From Candidatus Fibrimonadales bacterium (GTDB lineage Bacteria > Fibrobacterota > Fibrobacteria > Fibrobacterales > Fibrobacteraceae), in NCBI GenBank assembly GCA_009788135.1, contig WQSA01000001.1, positions 4,106 through 37,459 of the forward strand: 33,354 bases of DNA, in the 5' to 3' direction. A program made the position numbers and the translations under genes. This document shows positions 1 to 8,649 of the stretch, in pieces. Position 1 is the stretch's first letter, and the number at the start of each line of letters is the position of its first letter. The notes beneath the pieces were generated by a model. That model saw only the letters and a program-made list of their open reading frames with translations. It ran no database searches and was not told where the DNA came from.

Positions 1-341
1 GGGTCAATGCACCATGTGTCTGGCAGTACATCAACAAGCACAACTTTAGCACCAGTATAAGTAATTGCTGCCGCTGGGGCGATCCAATTTATATCCGCAA
101 TAATAACTTCATCTCCCAAGCCAACGCCAAGCGCATAAAGTCCCATGTGCGTTGCCCCTGTGCAGCTTGATGTGGCTATTGCATAATTTACCCCTAAATG
201 CTCTTTAAATAGGGTCTCAAATTTGGTGATATACTCATAGCATTGCGCTCCCCAGCCTGTGGTAGCTGCTTCTGTAGCATAATCTATTTCCTTTTGGGTA
301 ATAGAAGGCTTTGTGTAGAATATTTGAGAGAGATTACTCAT
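1..341 (-). CDS. DegT/DnrJ/EryC1/StrS-family PLP-dependent sugar aminotransferase; N-terminal part only, gene runs off the window edge
   Basis: Truncated, so absent from the ORF track. A minus-strand ATG at 339-341 has GGAGG 9 nt upstream and overlaps the upstream stop by 8 nt. My translation, MSNLSQIFYTKPSITQKEIDYATEAATTGWGAQCYEYITKFETLFKEHLGVNYAIATSSCTGATHMGLYALGVGLGDEVIIADINWIAPAAAITYTGAKVVLVDV, reads like the N-terminus of this family. Confidence 0.75.
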   Translation of the reverse strand, partial: MSNLSQIFYTKPSITQKEIDYATEAATTGWGAQCYEYITKFETLFKEHLGVNYAIATSSCTGATHMGLYALGVGLGDEVIIADINWIAPAAAITYTGAKVVLVDVLPDTWCID

Positions 342-1539
342 ATTTCTTAACCTCCGGAACTGCCGTTACAAATTGCGCCCCCCATGCCTTTACATAACTC
401 AACTGCTTGGTAATCTCCTCGCATAAATTCCAAGGCAAAATAATGACATAATCAGGCTTTTCTTGTTTCAGAACATCCTCAGAAACAATCGGTATATGGC
501 TCAATGGCAAATACTTACCCTGTTTGTGAGGCGAAGCATCCACAACAAAATCTATTATATCAGCTTTAACTCCACAATAGTTCAAAAAGGTATTGCCTTT
601 TGCCGCAGCACCGTAAGCAGCTATCTTCTTCTCTTCTTTTTTAGCTTTCAACAAAAAGTCTATAAAATCCCATTTGACTTTCTGAACCTTCTCCTCAAAA
701 CCACGGTATCCCTCAATGGTTCCAAGTCCAGCAACAATCTCTTTCTTGATTACACAATCTACGCTATCTTTCGCATTTTCATCATGCGCAGCGTAAATGC
801 GCAGACTGCCGCCATGAGTTGAAAGCTCTTCAACATCATATATTTTCAATCCTTGCGAACTAAATATTTTCTGCACAGCTATCAGCGACAGATACGAAAA
901 ATGCTCGTGATAAATAGTATCAAATTGATTGAGATTAATCAAATTCAGCAAATGCGGAAATTCCATTGTTATTGTTCCGCCAGGCTTCAACGCTATTTTC
1001 AATCCTGCTACAAAGTCGTTTATATCGGGCACGTGAGCCAGAACATTGTTGCCTATTATTAAATCCGCTTGTTTGAGTGCTTTAGCCGTGGATGAGCCAA
1101 AGAATTTTTCCAAAACTTCAATGCCTTTTTCCCTTGCCGCCTTTGCAGTTGAAGCGGTCGGTTCAATCCCAAGACAAGGAATGTTTTTCTCTTTGAAGTA
1201 TTGCAGCAAATACCCATCGTTGCTGGCTATTTCAATTGCAAAAGAATCTTTGCTCAAATTTAATTTTTCCGTTATCATGCCCACATACTTTTTCGCATGT
1301 TCAAGCCACGAAGATGAATAAGAGCTAAAATAGGCGTATTCCGAGTTGAATATATCCGATGATTTTTTGTATTCGTCTATTTGAACCAAAAAACAATGTT
1401 CGCAAACATATAGTTTCAAAGGATACATCGTTTCCGGTTCATTGAGTTGCGCCTTCGTCAAATAGGAATTAGAAGGCGGCGAATTATACAAGTCTATAAA
1501 TTCGTGCTGTAATTCTTTTCCGCAATGTCTGCATTTCAT
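334..1539 (-). CDS. NDP-hexose C-methyltransferase (TylC3/EvaC-like; SAM-dependent, N-terminal zinc ribbon)
   Basis: 401-aa ORF. It has an N-terminal 4-Cys pattern (CRHC...CEHC), then a class I SAM fold (EIASNDGYLL) and a C-terminal extension typical of sugar C-methyltransferases. GGAGG SD; ATGA overlap with the upstream gene. Confidence 0.75.
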   Translation of the reverse strand: MKCRHCGKELQHEFIDLYNSPPSNSYLTKAQLNEPETMYPLKLYVCEHCFLVQIDEYKKSSDIFNSEYAYFSSYSSSWLEHAKKYVGMITEKLNLSKDSFAIEIASNDGYLLQYFKEKNIPCLGIEPTASTAKAAREKGIEVLEKFFGSSTAKALKQADLIIGNNVLAHVPDINDFVAGLKIALKPGGTITMEFPHLLNLINLNQFDTIYHEHFSYLSLIAVQKIFSSQGLKIYDVEELSTHGGSLRIYAAHDENAKDSVDCVIKKEIVAGLGTIEGYRGFEEKVQKVKWDFIDFLLKAKKEEKKIAAYGAAAKGNTFLNYCGVKADIIDFVVDASPHKQGKYLPLSHIPIVSEDVLKQEKPDYVIILPWNLCEEITKQLSYVKAWGAQFVTAVPEVKKYE

Positions 1540-2087
1540 AAAACAATACCTCCATAATTGTCAACCAAAAAAGGATATGACAAATCTTTTTCTGAAATTA
1601 CTGTACTATCCAATGGCCATTTAATCGCAACTTTAGGCTCGTTATAACGAATTGCCCCTTCCGATTGCTTTGAATAAAACAGAGTGTGCAAATATATCAT
1701 CTCAACATCGTCTTCCAGCGACTGAAACCCGTGTGCGCAGCCTTCCGGCACAACCAACGCTTTCATATTTTCCGCAGAGAGCACTTCCGCATGCCACTGC
1801 AAAAAAGTAGGCGAATCTTTTCGCAAATCAACCGCAACATCAAAAATACTACCCTTTACGCAACGGACAATTTTCATCTCAGCATGAGGTGAATTTTGAA
1901 AATGCATGCCTCTTATAGTTCCCTTCGTTTTTGTCATGGAATGATTGATCTGAGCTATTGCAATCCCAGGCCTTATTGCTTCCAATTCTCTTTGGCAAAA
2001 AATGCGATTAAAAAAACCTCTGTCGTCTTTGAATGGCTCGGAATTAATTATGAAAACTCCGTCTATTTTTGCTTGCTCAAGTTTCAT
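1536..2087 (-). CDS. RmlC-type cupin: NDP-4-keto-6-deoxyhexose 3,5-epimerase family (epimerase or ketoisomerase)
   Basis: 183 aa with RmlC-like motifs: FKDDRGFF, GMHFQ, KIVRCVKGSIFDVAVDLRKDSPT, VPEGCAHGF. GAGGAG SD. Confidence 0.8.
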   Translation of the reverse strand: MKLEQAKIDGVFIINSEPFKDDRGFFNRIFCQRELEAIRPGIAIAQINHSMTKTKGTIRGMHFQNSPHAEMKIVRCVKGSIFDVAVDLRKDSPTFLQWHAEVLSAENMKALVVPEGCAHGFQSLEDDVEMIYLHTLFYSKQSEGAIRYNEPKVAIKWPLDSTVISEKDLSYPFLVDNYGGIVL

Positions 2088-3069
2088 GGAAATACTCCTC
2101 TATTTGTCGCTTCATGCATTTTGCTTTTTCCTCGTCAGTTTTTATTTTGGCAAATTCCACAGTTTTTTCCACCGCAGTTCCTATGCCCCATCTCGGTTTC
2201 CAACCCAACACCGCCTTCGACTTTGAACAGTCAAGTTTTAAAAAATTAGCTTCGTGAGGGCCATTATCTCCTTGATTTATCCAACGAACATTATTGCCCC
2301 AAGCTTTACAAAATAAATCTGCAAGAGAACCTGTGCTAACGCAACTTTCTTCGTCAGGACCAAAATTGTAATTTCCTGCAATATCTTTGTCCGTAAACTG
2401 TTTTTCTGCAAGCAAAAGATACCCGGAAAGGCAGTCAAGCACATGCTGATACGGGCGAACAGAGCTTGGATTGCGCACAATAATGTCTTTACCAGCCATC
2501 ACAGCACGAATGCAATCTGGAATAATCCTATTTTCGGAATAATCGCCGCCGCCTATCACATTGCCAGAACGAGCGGTGGAAATAGCAGGTGCATCTTTGT
2601 TGTTAAAAAATGAATGGCGATAGCTGTAGGTAACCAACTCGCTGCACGATTTGCTATTTGAATACGGATCCAATCCGCAAAGATTTTCATTCTCGCGATA
2701 CCCCCAATGCCACTCCTTATTTTCATATACCTTATCTGTAGTGATATTCACAAAGGATTTCGCCGATGGGGTTAACCGCAAAGCTTCAAGAACATTCACA
2801 GTTCCCATTACATTTGTTTCGTAAGTGAGCGCAGGTTCAAGGTAGGAACGGCGAACCAAAGGCTGGGCAGCAAGATGGAATACGATATCTGGTTTGGATT
2901 CTTGCATCTTTTTGACAAGAGCGTCTTTGTCTCTGACATCATTGCTGTCTAAAGAGTATCCTGTTATTTCTGCGCCTGCTGATAAAAGTATTTGGCATAG
3001 CCAAGTGCCTTTGAAACCGGAGTGTCCGGTTATGAAAACTCTTTTGTTTTTGTAAAAATCATTACTCAT
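2077..3069 (-). CDS. rfbG: CDP-glucose 4,6-dehydratase
   Basis: I moved the start to ATG 3067-3069 (MSNDFYKNKRVFITGHSGFKGTWL), which forms an ATGA overlap with the rfbF stop. Extended-SDR motifs are present: GHSGFKG, YSNSK, HEANFLKLDCSKSK..LGWKPRW. The ORF-track N-terminal extension lies inside rfbF. Confidence 0.9.
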   Translation of the reverse strand: MSNDFYKNKRVFITGHSGFKGTWLCQILLSAGAEITGYSLDSNDVRDKDALVKKMQESKPDIVFHLAAQPLVRRSYLEPALTYETNVMGTVNVLEALRLTPSAKSFVNITTDKVYENKEWHWGYRENENLCGLDPYSNSKSCSELVTYSYRHSFFNNKDAPAISTARSGNVIGGGDYSENRIIPDCIRAVMAGKDIIVRNPSSVRPYQHVLDCLSGYLLLAEKQFTDKDIAGNYNFGPDEESCVSTGSLADLFCKAWGNNVRWINQGDNGPHEANFLKLDCSKSKAVLGWKPRWGIGTAVEKTVEFAKIKTDEEKAKCMKRQIEEYFHET

Positions 3070-3845
3070 TTTAGCCACAACGCCCAAGGTGCATGTCCTG
3101 TCATCCACATATCCGTCAATTCATTTTTATCTCTAAGAGTATCCATTGCTTGCCAAAAACCGTGATGTCTGTACGCATTCAATTGCCTTTCTTCGGCCAG
3201 TTTTTCCAAAGGTTTACGTTCTAAAATAGTCTCATCGCCTTCGGTTAAATAATCAAATATCGCAGGCTCCATCACAAAAAATCCGCTGTTGATCCACACG
3301 CCGTCTTCAATAGGTTTTTCCTTGAAAATTTCAACAGTTCCTTCGCTAGTCATTTTGATTGTTCCGAATCTGCCGCCAGATTGAACGGAAGTTAACGTTG
3401 CCAATTGCCCGGAGTTCTCATGACATTTGATTAATTCTGGAATGTTCACATCGCTTACCCCATCGCCATAAGTGAGCATGAAACGCTCATTGCCCAGAAA
3501 TTCTTTTGCTTTCAAAAGCCTGCCACCAGTCATGGTATCTGGGCCAGTGTAAAGCATGGTCACCTTCCAAGGCTCGTTTCTAGTAGTATGAAGCTCAACA
3601 GAATTGCTGGCCATATCAACAGTTATGTCGGAGTAGCGCGTATAGTAATTGATGAAATAGTCTTTGATTATATGCGATTTGTAGCCTGTGAGCACTATAA
3701 ATTCGTTAAATCCATAGTAAGAATAAATTTTCATAATATGCCATAAAATAGGGCGACCGCCTATCTCCACCATGGGCTTGGGGACAAGGCTTGTTTCTTC
3801 TGAAAGGCGAGTACCTAGACCACCAGCAAGGATGACTACTTTCAT
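3066..3845 (-). CDS. rfbF: glucose-1-phosphate cytidylyltransferase
   Basis: Start set at ATG 3843-3845 (MKVVILAGGLGTRLSEETSLVPKPMVEIGGRPILWHIM), with AGGAGGA 5 nt upstream and an ATGA overlap with the upstream stop. The resulting 259 aa is typical for RfbF. Confidence 0.92.
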   Translation of the reverse strand: MKVVILAGGLGTRLSEETSLVPKPMVEIGGRPILWHIMKIYSYYGFNEFIVLTGYKSHIIKDYFINYYTRYSDITVDMASNSVELHTTRNEPWKVTMLYTGPDTMTGGRLLKAKEFLGNERFMLTYGDGVSDVNIPELIKCHENSGQLATLTSVQSGGRFGTIKMTSEGTVEIFKEKPIEDGVWINSGFFVMEPAIFDYLTEGDETILERKPLEKLAEERQLNAYRHHGFWQAMDTLRDKNELTDMWMTGHAPWALWLK

Positions 3846-4555
3846 GTTTTTCCTCCTGAAGATATTTCGCAAGTTTCAACATTTAACGAAAGCATCTTAT
3901 CCAAAATATCTTCCGTTAACGGCGTATTAATCAAACCCATATCTTTTTCGGCAAAAGAATCAAATAATTTTATTATGTCAACTTTCAGCAATTTTTCCCT
4001 TAAATTTTCTGAAAATCTATACCTAATATGTTTTGCAGGATTTCCACCAACAATGGAATACGGCTCAACATTTTTTGTCACAACGCTACCAGCGCCAATA
4101 ATTGCTCCCTGCCCAATATTAATACCACTACAAATAATAGCATTCAAACCAATCCAAACATCATCTCCTACTACAATATCTCCTTTTGACAAAGCATATC
4201 CTTTTGTCCCAAATGACATCACAGCAAACGGATAAGTTGATATTGAAGAAATAGTATGCTCTTCTTCTAGTAGAAAGCATACTCCAGGAGCAATGCTACA
4301 ATACGAACCTATTTTCAACATTTTATCTGACGTATGAACCGGTGCTGGCAAAAAATTTATAGCACCATAAGTCATCTTTCCTATTTTCAACCGTTCAAAA
4401 ATATCAGTAGATAAAGTCTGCAATAACCGACCAATCGGTTGCGTATAATTCATTTTATTTTCATTTTTCCATTTTTCGAGAAAAATTCTATATTTTTCTC
4501 GAAAAATTTTATTATCTCTATATTTTTTCATTCTATTTATAATTCTAAAAATCAT
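3842..4555 (-). CDS. hexapeptide-repeat (LbH) acetyltransferase, CatB/Vat-like; probable sugar acetyltransferase (paralog A1)
   Basis: 237 aa. Motifs: GSYCSIAPGV, GDIVVGDDVWIGLNAIICSGINIGQGAIIGAGSVVTKNVEPYSIVGGNPAKHIRYRF. AGGAGGG SD. Confidence 0.85.
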   Translation of the reverse strand: MIFRIINRMKKYRDNKIFREKYRIFLEKWKNENKMNYTQPIGRLLQTLSTDIFERLKIGKMTYGAINFLPAPVHTSDKMLKIGSYCSIAPGVCFLLEEEHTISSISTYPFAVMSFGTKGYALSKGDIVVGDDVWIGLNAIICSGINIGQGAIIGAGSVVTKNVEPYSIVGGNPAKHIRYRFSENLREKLLKVDIIKLFDSFAEKDMGLINTPLTEDILDKMLSLNVETCEISSGGKT

Positions 4556-4635
4556 TTTTCCCTCCTAACATAAATTCAATGAGTTTTTTCTGCCCTTGCT
4601 TTTGCCTTTGGCTTAATTCCAAATCCTTAGCTATA

Positions 4636-4715
4636 AATGCATTAGGCTTGGGGATTAAGCTTGTTTCTTCAGAACAACATATGCCTAAACCTCTAGTAAT
4701 GCTGACTATTTTCAT
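4636..4715 (-). pseudogene. decayed 5' remnant of a second rfbF copy (codons 1 to about 24-26 only)
   Basis: MKIVSITRGLGICCSEETSLIPKP matches the intact RfbF N-terminus MKVVILAGGLGTRLSEETSLVPKP. The DNA at 4636-4715 aligns by eye with 3776-3845. Similarity is lost on both sides and no remainder of the gene follows. Confidence 0.7.
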
Positions 4716-5009
4716 ATTCATGCGGTAAATATAGAAAATACTACCGGTTGCCCATATAAAAACATTCGATATTAGAAAACGACAAATATAATCGTTTCCG
4801 ACAGCCATTTTTTCATCGCGATATACCTTGAAAATATATCCTTTGCTATAGATCATCATATCTTTATGCAACTATATTTCAGCCCCATAGAGAAAAGAAC
4901 AATCAAAAATAGAACTCAATACCATGCAGTTTCTTTTAGTACACATAGTTCCATCGTATATAGCATCGCTATATTCAGAAAGAAGCACAAGAACTTTAGT
5001 TGATTTCAT
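4716..5009 (-). pseudogene. possible decayed small gene: one reading frame interrupted by a single in-frame TAG
   Basis: ATG 5007-5009 opens MKSTKVLVLLSEYSDAIYDGTMCTKRNCMVLSSIFDCSFLYGAEI, ending at TAG 4872-4874. The same frame continues directly into track ORF 4545-4871. I recognise no family. It stays open for unusually long in very AT-rich DNA. Confidence 0.3.
4722..4740 (-). promoter_or_regulatory. candidate promoter / short-leader initiation element (TATTTTC-TATATT-TACCGC-ATG) in front of the rfbF remnant
   Basis: The coding-strand sequence matches the recurring element described in the findings. TATATT lies at 4728-4733, 6 nt from ATG 4719-4721. Confidence 0.35.
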
Positions 5010-5019
5010 AGTTCATTCC

Positions 5020-6228
5020 TCATATTCTTTCTCCTAAAATTAAATCAAAAAGTTTTTCCAAATCTTCCTTTTGTCTATGGATAACTTCTAAAAATCTCTG
5101 TTTAGCCTTCTCAACATAAATATCTCTATTCTCCATCATTTTTATCATTGCTCTGAACAAGTCCTCCTGGTAAAAAGGCGAGAAATAAACAGGCATATCG
5201 CCACAAATTTCCGGTATTGAAGTGACATTGGAGCATATACTTGGCGTACCGTAAGCAGCTGCTTCTATAGGCGGATATCCAAAACCTTCCGCAAAACTCG
5301 GATAAACAAGCGCAAAAGCATTTTTATATAAATAAGCTAGTTCCGAAGAATCAACTTCTTCAAGAATAATGCAATTTTTCATATTCACTTTAATTTTTCC
5401 AATTAAAACGCAATCATATTCATAATTTGTATATAAACAAACTTTTTCCCATTGCTCTATAAATAAGATTGCATTTTTGGTAGATCTGTCCATTGATATC
5501 AGTAAAAAATATTTTTTATCTTTTAATAAGCTCTCATTAAAAGTTACTGCATTTTCTTCAAATTTTCCATTGCTAAAAGGCGCATAAAAAACTTTTATTT
5601 TATTTTTTGGGGTTCCTAAAAAATATTCTATGCTATATTTAGAGTATTCGGAATCCGTAACAACAAACACGTTATCCTGTATAATTAATTTTTTTAAATT
5701 TTCATAATTATGCATGGTTCTTTTTTGTTCTTTTTTTTGCCTTATATACCGTCTCAACAAAACCAAAGGATATAATAAAAACATAAGGATAAGTTTTATT
5801 TTATTTCTCTTCTGTCTTTTTCTAATTAAGTATTTTTTAGTAAAAGTTTTCAAAGGATCGGATTGCAAAATTTTAAAATACTCCAAAGACATATCAAACA
5901 GATCATGGCAAACAATAACTATCTTGCACTTTAAATCGCATAAATCAAAAGAGTTATAGCGCTGAGCAATTCCTATAAAAAAAGTATCTATTTGCATATT
6001 ATTTATTGTTTCATATACATTTCTATCTCTAATATCAATTAAAGCTATTTTATGCATATTTAGTATTGTTCTTATTCTTTCGCTGATCGGAATATTCCCA
6101 TCGTATAAACCGTAAATTTCAACATCTTTATTTACTATTTCATAGAATATTTTCTGTGTATAAAACATCCCCCCGTTAATAACATCATCTTGCAAAGTTA
6201 TAAAATCAAATAATATTTTTTTCAACAT
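5020..6228 (-). CDS. glycosyltransferase, GT4 (GT-B fold)
   Basis: 402 aa with a C-terminal GT4 signature: VYPSFAEGFGYPPIEAAAYGTPSICSNVTSIPEICGD. The DNA is very AT-rich. Confidence 0.85.
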   Translation of the reverse strand: MLKKILFDFITLQDDVINGGMFYTQKIFYEIVNKDVEIYGLYDGNIPISERIRTILNMHKIALIDIRDRNVYETINNMQIDTFFIGIAQRYNSFDLCDLKCKIVIVCHDLFDMSLEYFKILQSDPLKTFTKKYLIRKRQKRNKIKLILMFLLYPLVLLRRYIRQKKEQKRTMHNYENLKKLIIQDNVFVVTDSEYSKYSIEYFLGTPKNKIKVFYAPFSNGKFEENAVTFNESLLKDKKYFLLISMDRSTKNAILFIEQWEKVCLYTNYEYDCVLIGKIKVNMKNCIILEEVDSSELAYLYKNAFALVYPSFAEGFGYPPIEAAAYGTPSICSNVTSIPEICGDMPVYFSPFYQEDLFRAMIKMMENRDIYVEKAKQRFLEVIHRQKEDLEKLFDLILGERI

Positions 6229-6929
6229 TTGTTTTCTCCATGTTTATACAACCCAAAATTCTCTCCATTGTTCCTTAATTCTAACGAAAGCAACTCATTC
6301 AAAACATCTTCCGTTAAAGGCTCATAAATCAAATCTAAATCCTCTTCTGTAAAAAAATTGAATAATCTAACTACATCTGTCTCTAATAGTTTCATTCTCA
6401 AGTTTTCGGAGAATCTATATCTAATATGCCTTGCTGGATTACCGCCAACAATGGAGTAAGGCTCAACATCTTTCGTAACCACAGAACTGGTCGCTACAAC
6501 AGCACCTTTTCCTATGCAAACTCCACTTAAAATTCTAGAATTCATTCCAATCCACACATCGTCTCCAACTAAAATATCTCCCTTCGACAACCCTTCCTTC
6601 CTCGCTCCATACAAACATACCTTAAATGGATAAGTAGATATTGAAGAAGTACAATGTTCCGCTCCAAGCAAAAAATATACCCCTGGGGCAATGCTGCAAT
6701 AGGAACCGATTTTTAACATCTCGCCCGACGAATGAGAATCTATAAAATTTATTACTCCATAAGTTTTCCCCCCTATTTCTAAACGATTTAAAGAGTCAAT
6801 TTTATCTATTGAAGAAATATCTCCAGGAGTCGTGTAATTATTCATATTTTTAATTTTCCACGCTTTGAGAAATTTTTTATTTTTCCAATAGCATTTAATT
6901 TTATTCAAGATTTTTTCAAAAATAATCAT
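6222..6929 (-). CDS. hexapeptide-repeat acetyltransferase (paralog A2 of 3842-4555)
   Basis: 235 aa. GSYCSIAPGVYFLL..STYPF..GDILVGDDVWIGMN..VEPYSIVGGNPARHIRYRFSENLR is collinear with A1 over most of its length. Confidence 0.85.
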   Translation of the reverse strand: MIIFEKILNKIKCYWKNKKFLKAWKIKNMNNYTTPGDISSIDKIDSLNRLEIGGKTYGVINFIDSHSSGEMLKIGSYCSIAPGVYFLLGAEHCTSSISTYPFKVCLYGARKEGLSKGDILVGDDVWIGMNSRILSGVCIGKGAVVATSSVVTKDVEPYSIVGGNPARHIRYRFSENLRMKLLETDVVRLFNFFTEEDLDLIYEPLTEDVLNELLSLELRNNGENFGLYKHGENKC

Positions 6930-8014
6930 TTATACATCTCCAAAATTCTCTTAGTCGCTTCCAAATATTTCAAACCCCATTTCAAATCTGGTTCCAAGTG
7001 ATTGCCTTCAGCCCACTCGTTCATTGCATTCAATAATATAAAGTTTTCTTCTTCGCTGTATGGCTCAAATTTTTCACAAGTGTTGGCGAGCCATTTTTCG
7101 TAAAGCTCTGGGGTTGAATCCTTTATTATTGTAGCCTCTTTTTTTCGTCTAGCAGAATTATCCCAACCAGGGACAATTTCTGGATATACTTTCCATAATT
7201 TTTTTTCAATAATTCTTGCAAAAGCATTTTCTACGCAAGTACTGTAATATATAATTTTATCTTCTAACCTATTTTCTAATCCTGCTATTCTTTTAAGTCT
7301 ATTTCTAATTCTATATAGCAAATTTCCCTTTGTTAAAGAAATATTCTTCATAAAATCCCAAGTACCTTCAAAGCCAAAATCTATTGGATTCCCCTTAAAT
7401 TTATAGTTGGTTCCAAGCAAATAAAGTCCTTTTTCAAATCCATTATTTTTCGCCTCTGCATTCCAAATTCCAACAGCTTCACCGACATTAGGAATATGCT
7501 CAATATTGGTTATAATAAACAACGGCCTGCCATTAACCTTAATATAACGCTCATCTTTGAAAATTTTAACCAGATAATTAAAGTGGTTCAAGTGGTCATT
7601 ATTGCTATATTCTTGCGCTTGCATTATTTTTTCGCTTGAACCATCCCAATTCCTGCCCCAATGATGATTTGCCCAGCACAAACAAAAAGGGAAATCTGGC
7701 TTGCCGCTTGCCACAATCTCATTTACAGGTTTTTCCAATAATTGCTTGCCGTTAAACCAATAATGGTAATAACAAAACCCATAAATGCCATATTTCTTTG
7801 CCAATTCCGCTTGTGCAATTCTAGATTCTTCCAGCCGCAGATCATAAAACCCCAAATCTGCTGGAATATGCGGTTGGTAATGGCCTTTGAAACGAGGTAT
7901 TGCTTTTGCAACATTAGTCCATTCCGTAAAACCCTTGCCCCACCATTCATCGTTCTCTGGAATTGGGTGAAACTGTGGCAGTACTACGCCCAAAGCTCGA
8001 AGCTTTTTATTCAT
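6926..8014 (-). CDS. WbsX-like glycosyltransferase / GH99-like polysaccharide biosynthesis protein
   Basis: 362 aa. The N-terminal signature VVLPQFHPIPENDEWWGKGFTEWTNV is characteristic of the WbsX family. ATGA overlap on both sides. Confidence 0.75.
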   Translation of the reverse strand: MNKKLRALGVVLPQFHPIPENDEWWGKGFTEWTNVAKAIPRFKGHYQPHIPADLGFYDLRLEESRIAQAELAKKYGIYGFCYYHYWFNGKQLLEKPVNEIVASGKPDFPFCLCWANHHWGRNWDGSSEKIMQAQEYSNNDHLNHFNYLVKIFKDERYIKVNGRPLFIITNIEHIPNVGEAVGIWNAEAKNNGFEKGLYLLGTNYKFKGNPIDFGFEGTWDFMKNISLTKGNLLYRIRNRLKRIAGLENRLEDKIIYYSTCVENAFARIIEKKLWKVYPEIVPGWDNSARRKKEATIIKDSTPELYEKWLANTCEKFEPYSEEENFILLNAMNEWAEGNHLEPDLKWGLKYLEATKRILEMYK

Positions 8015-8649
8015 ATCTTAGCCCTCACTCCAAACTGCAAAAATTCAACATCTTTTCCAAAAATAATTTTTAATACCCAAAGCAAAAACAAATATCTTTT
8101 CTTTACTTTTGGGCCTATTCCTTGCATTTTTTCTATTTCAAAGTAATTTTCATTTAACAAACGAACTATACTTTTCTCCGTAAAAAAACGCAAATGCGTA
8201 ATGTCTAAAATACCTTCATCCTTATATTCCCAATCTCTATCGCATAATAATTCTTTTAAATTTTTGTAATAACGAACATTTGGAATAGACAGCACTAAAG
8301 AAGCATTCTTCTTCATTTTCTTTTTAATGGTCCGCAAAAAATTCCAAGGCTGTTCCATATGTTCAATAACATCATTTGCTATAATCAAATCAAAATAATC
8401 ATCAGGAATCTGATTCTCAACTTCATCATAAAAACCAGTTAATACTCTGTTCATTCTTGTTTTTGCTATATCTGCGGCACCTTTGAATGGTTCTACCCCC
8501 CAATACTCGCAAGGTTTGCTAACGTATTTACGAAAATTACCATCATTGCAACCTATTTCCAAAACATTTGAATATTCATCTGGCAAAAACGGGACCATTT
8601 CTGGTCTCATAATGTCAGAATATGCTTGCTGCGATTGCTCACTAATCAT
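8011..8649 (-). CDS. class I SAM-dependent methyltransferase
   Basis: 212 aa. Motif I is VLEIGCNDGNF and the post-I/II region is DLIIANDVIEHMEQP. AGGAGG SD. Confidence 0.8.
   Translation of the reverse strand: MISEQSQQAYSDIMRPEMVPFLPDEYSNVLEIGCNDGNFRKYVSKPCEYWGVEPFKGAADIAKTRMNRVLTGFYDEVENQIPDDYFDLIIANDVIEHMEQPWNFLRTIKKKMKKNASLVLSIPNVRYYKNLKELLCDRDWEYKDEGILDITHLRFFTEKSIVRLLNENYFEIEKMQGIGPKVKKRYLFLLWVLKIIFGKDVEFLQFGVRAKI

Noticed and set aside
4545-4871. 108-aa track ORF treated as a real gene
   Set aside because: It starts at a TTG immediately after an in-frame TAG. Its only recognisable part is a 24-residue copy of the RfbF N-terminus, and its tail overlaps the acetyltransferase start. I interpret it as pseudogene debris rather than a functional CDS.
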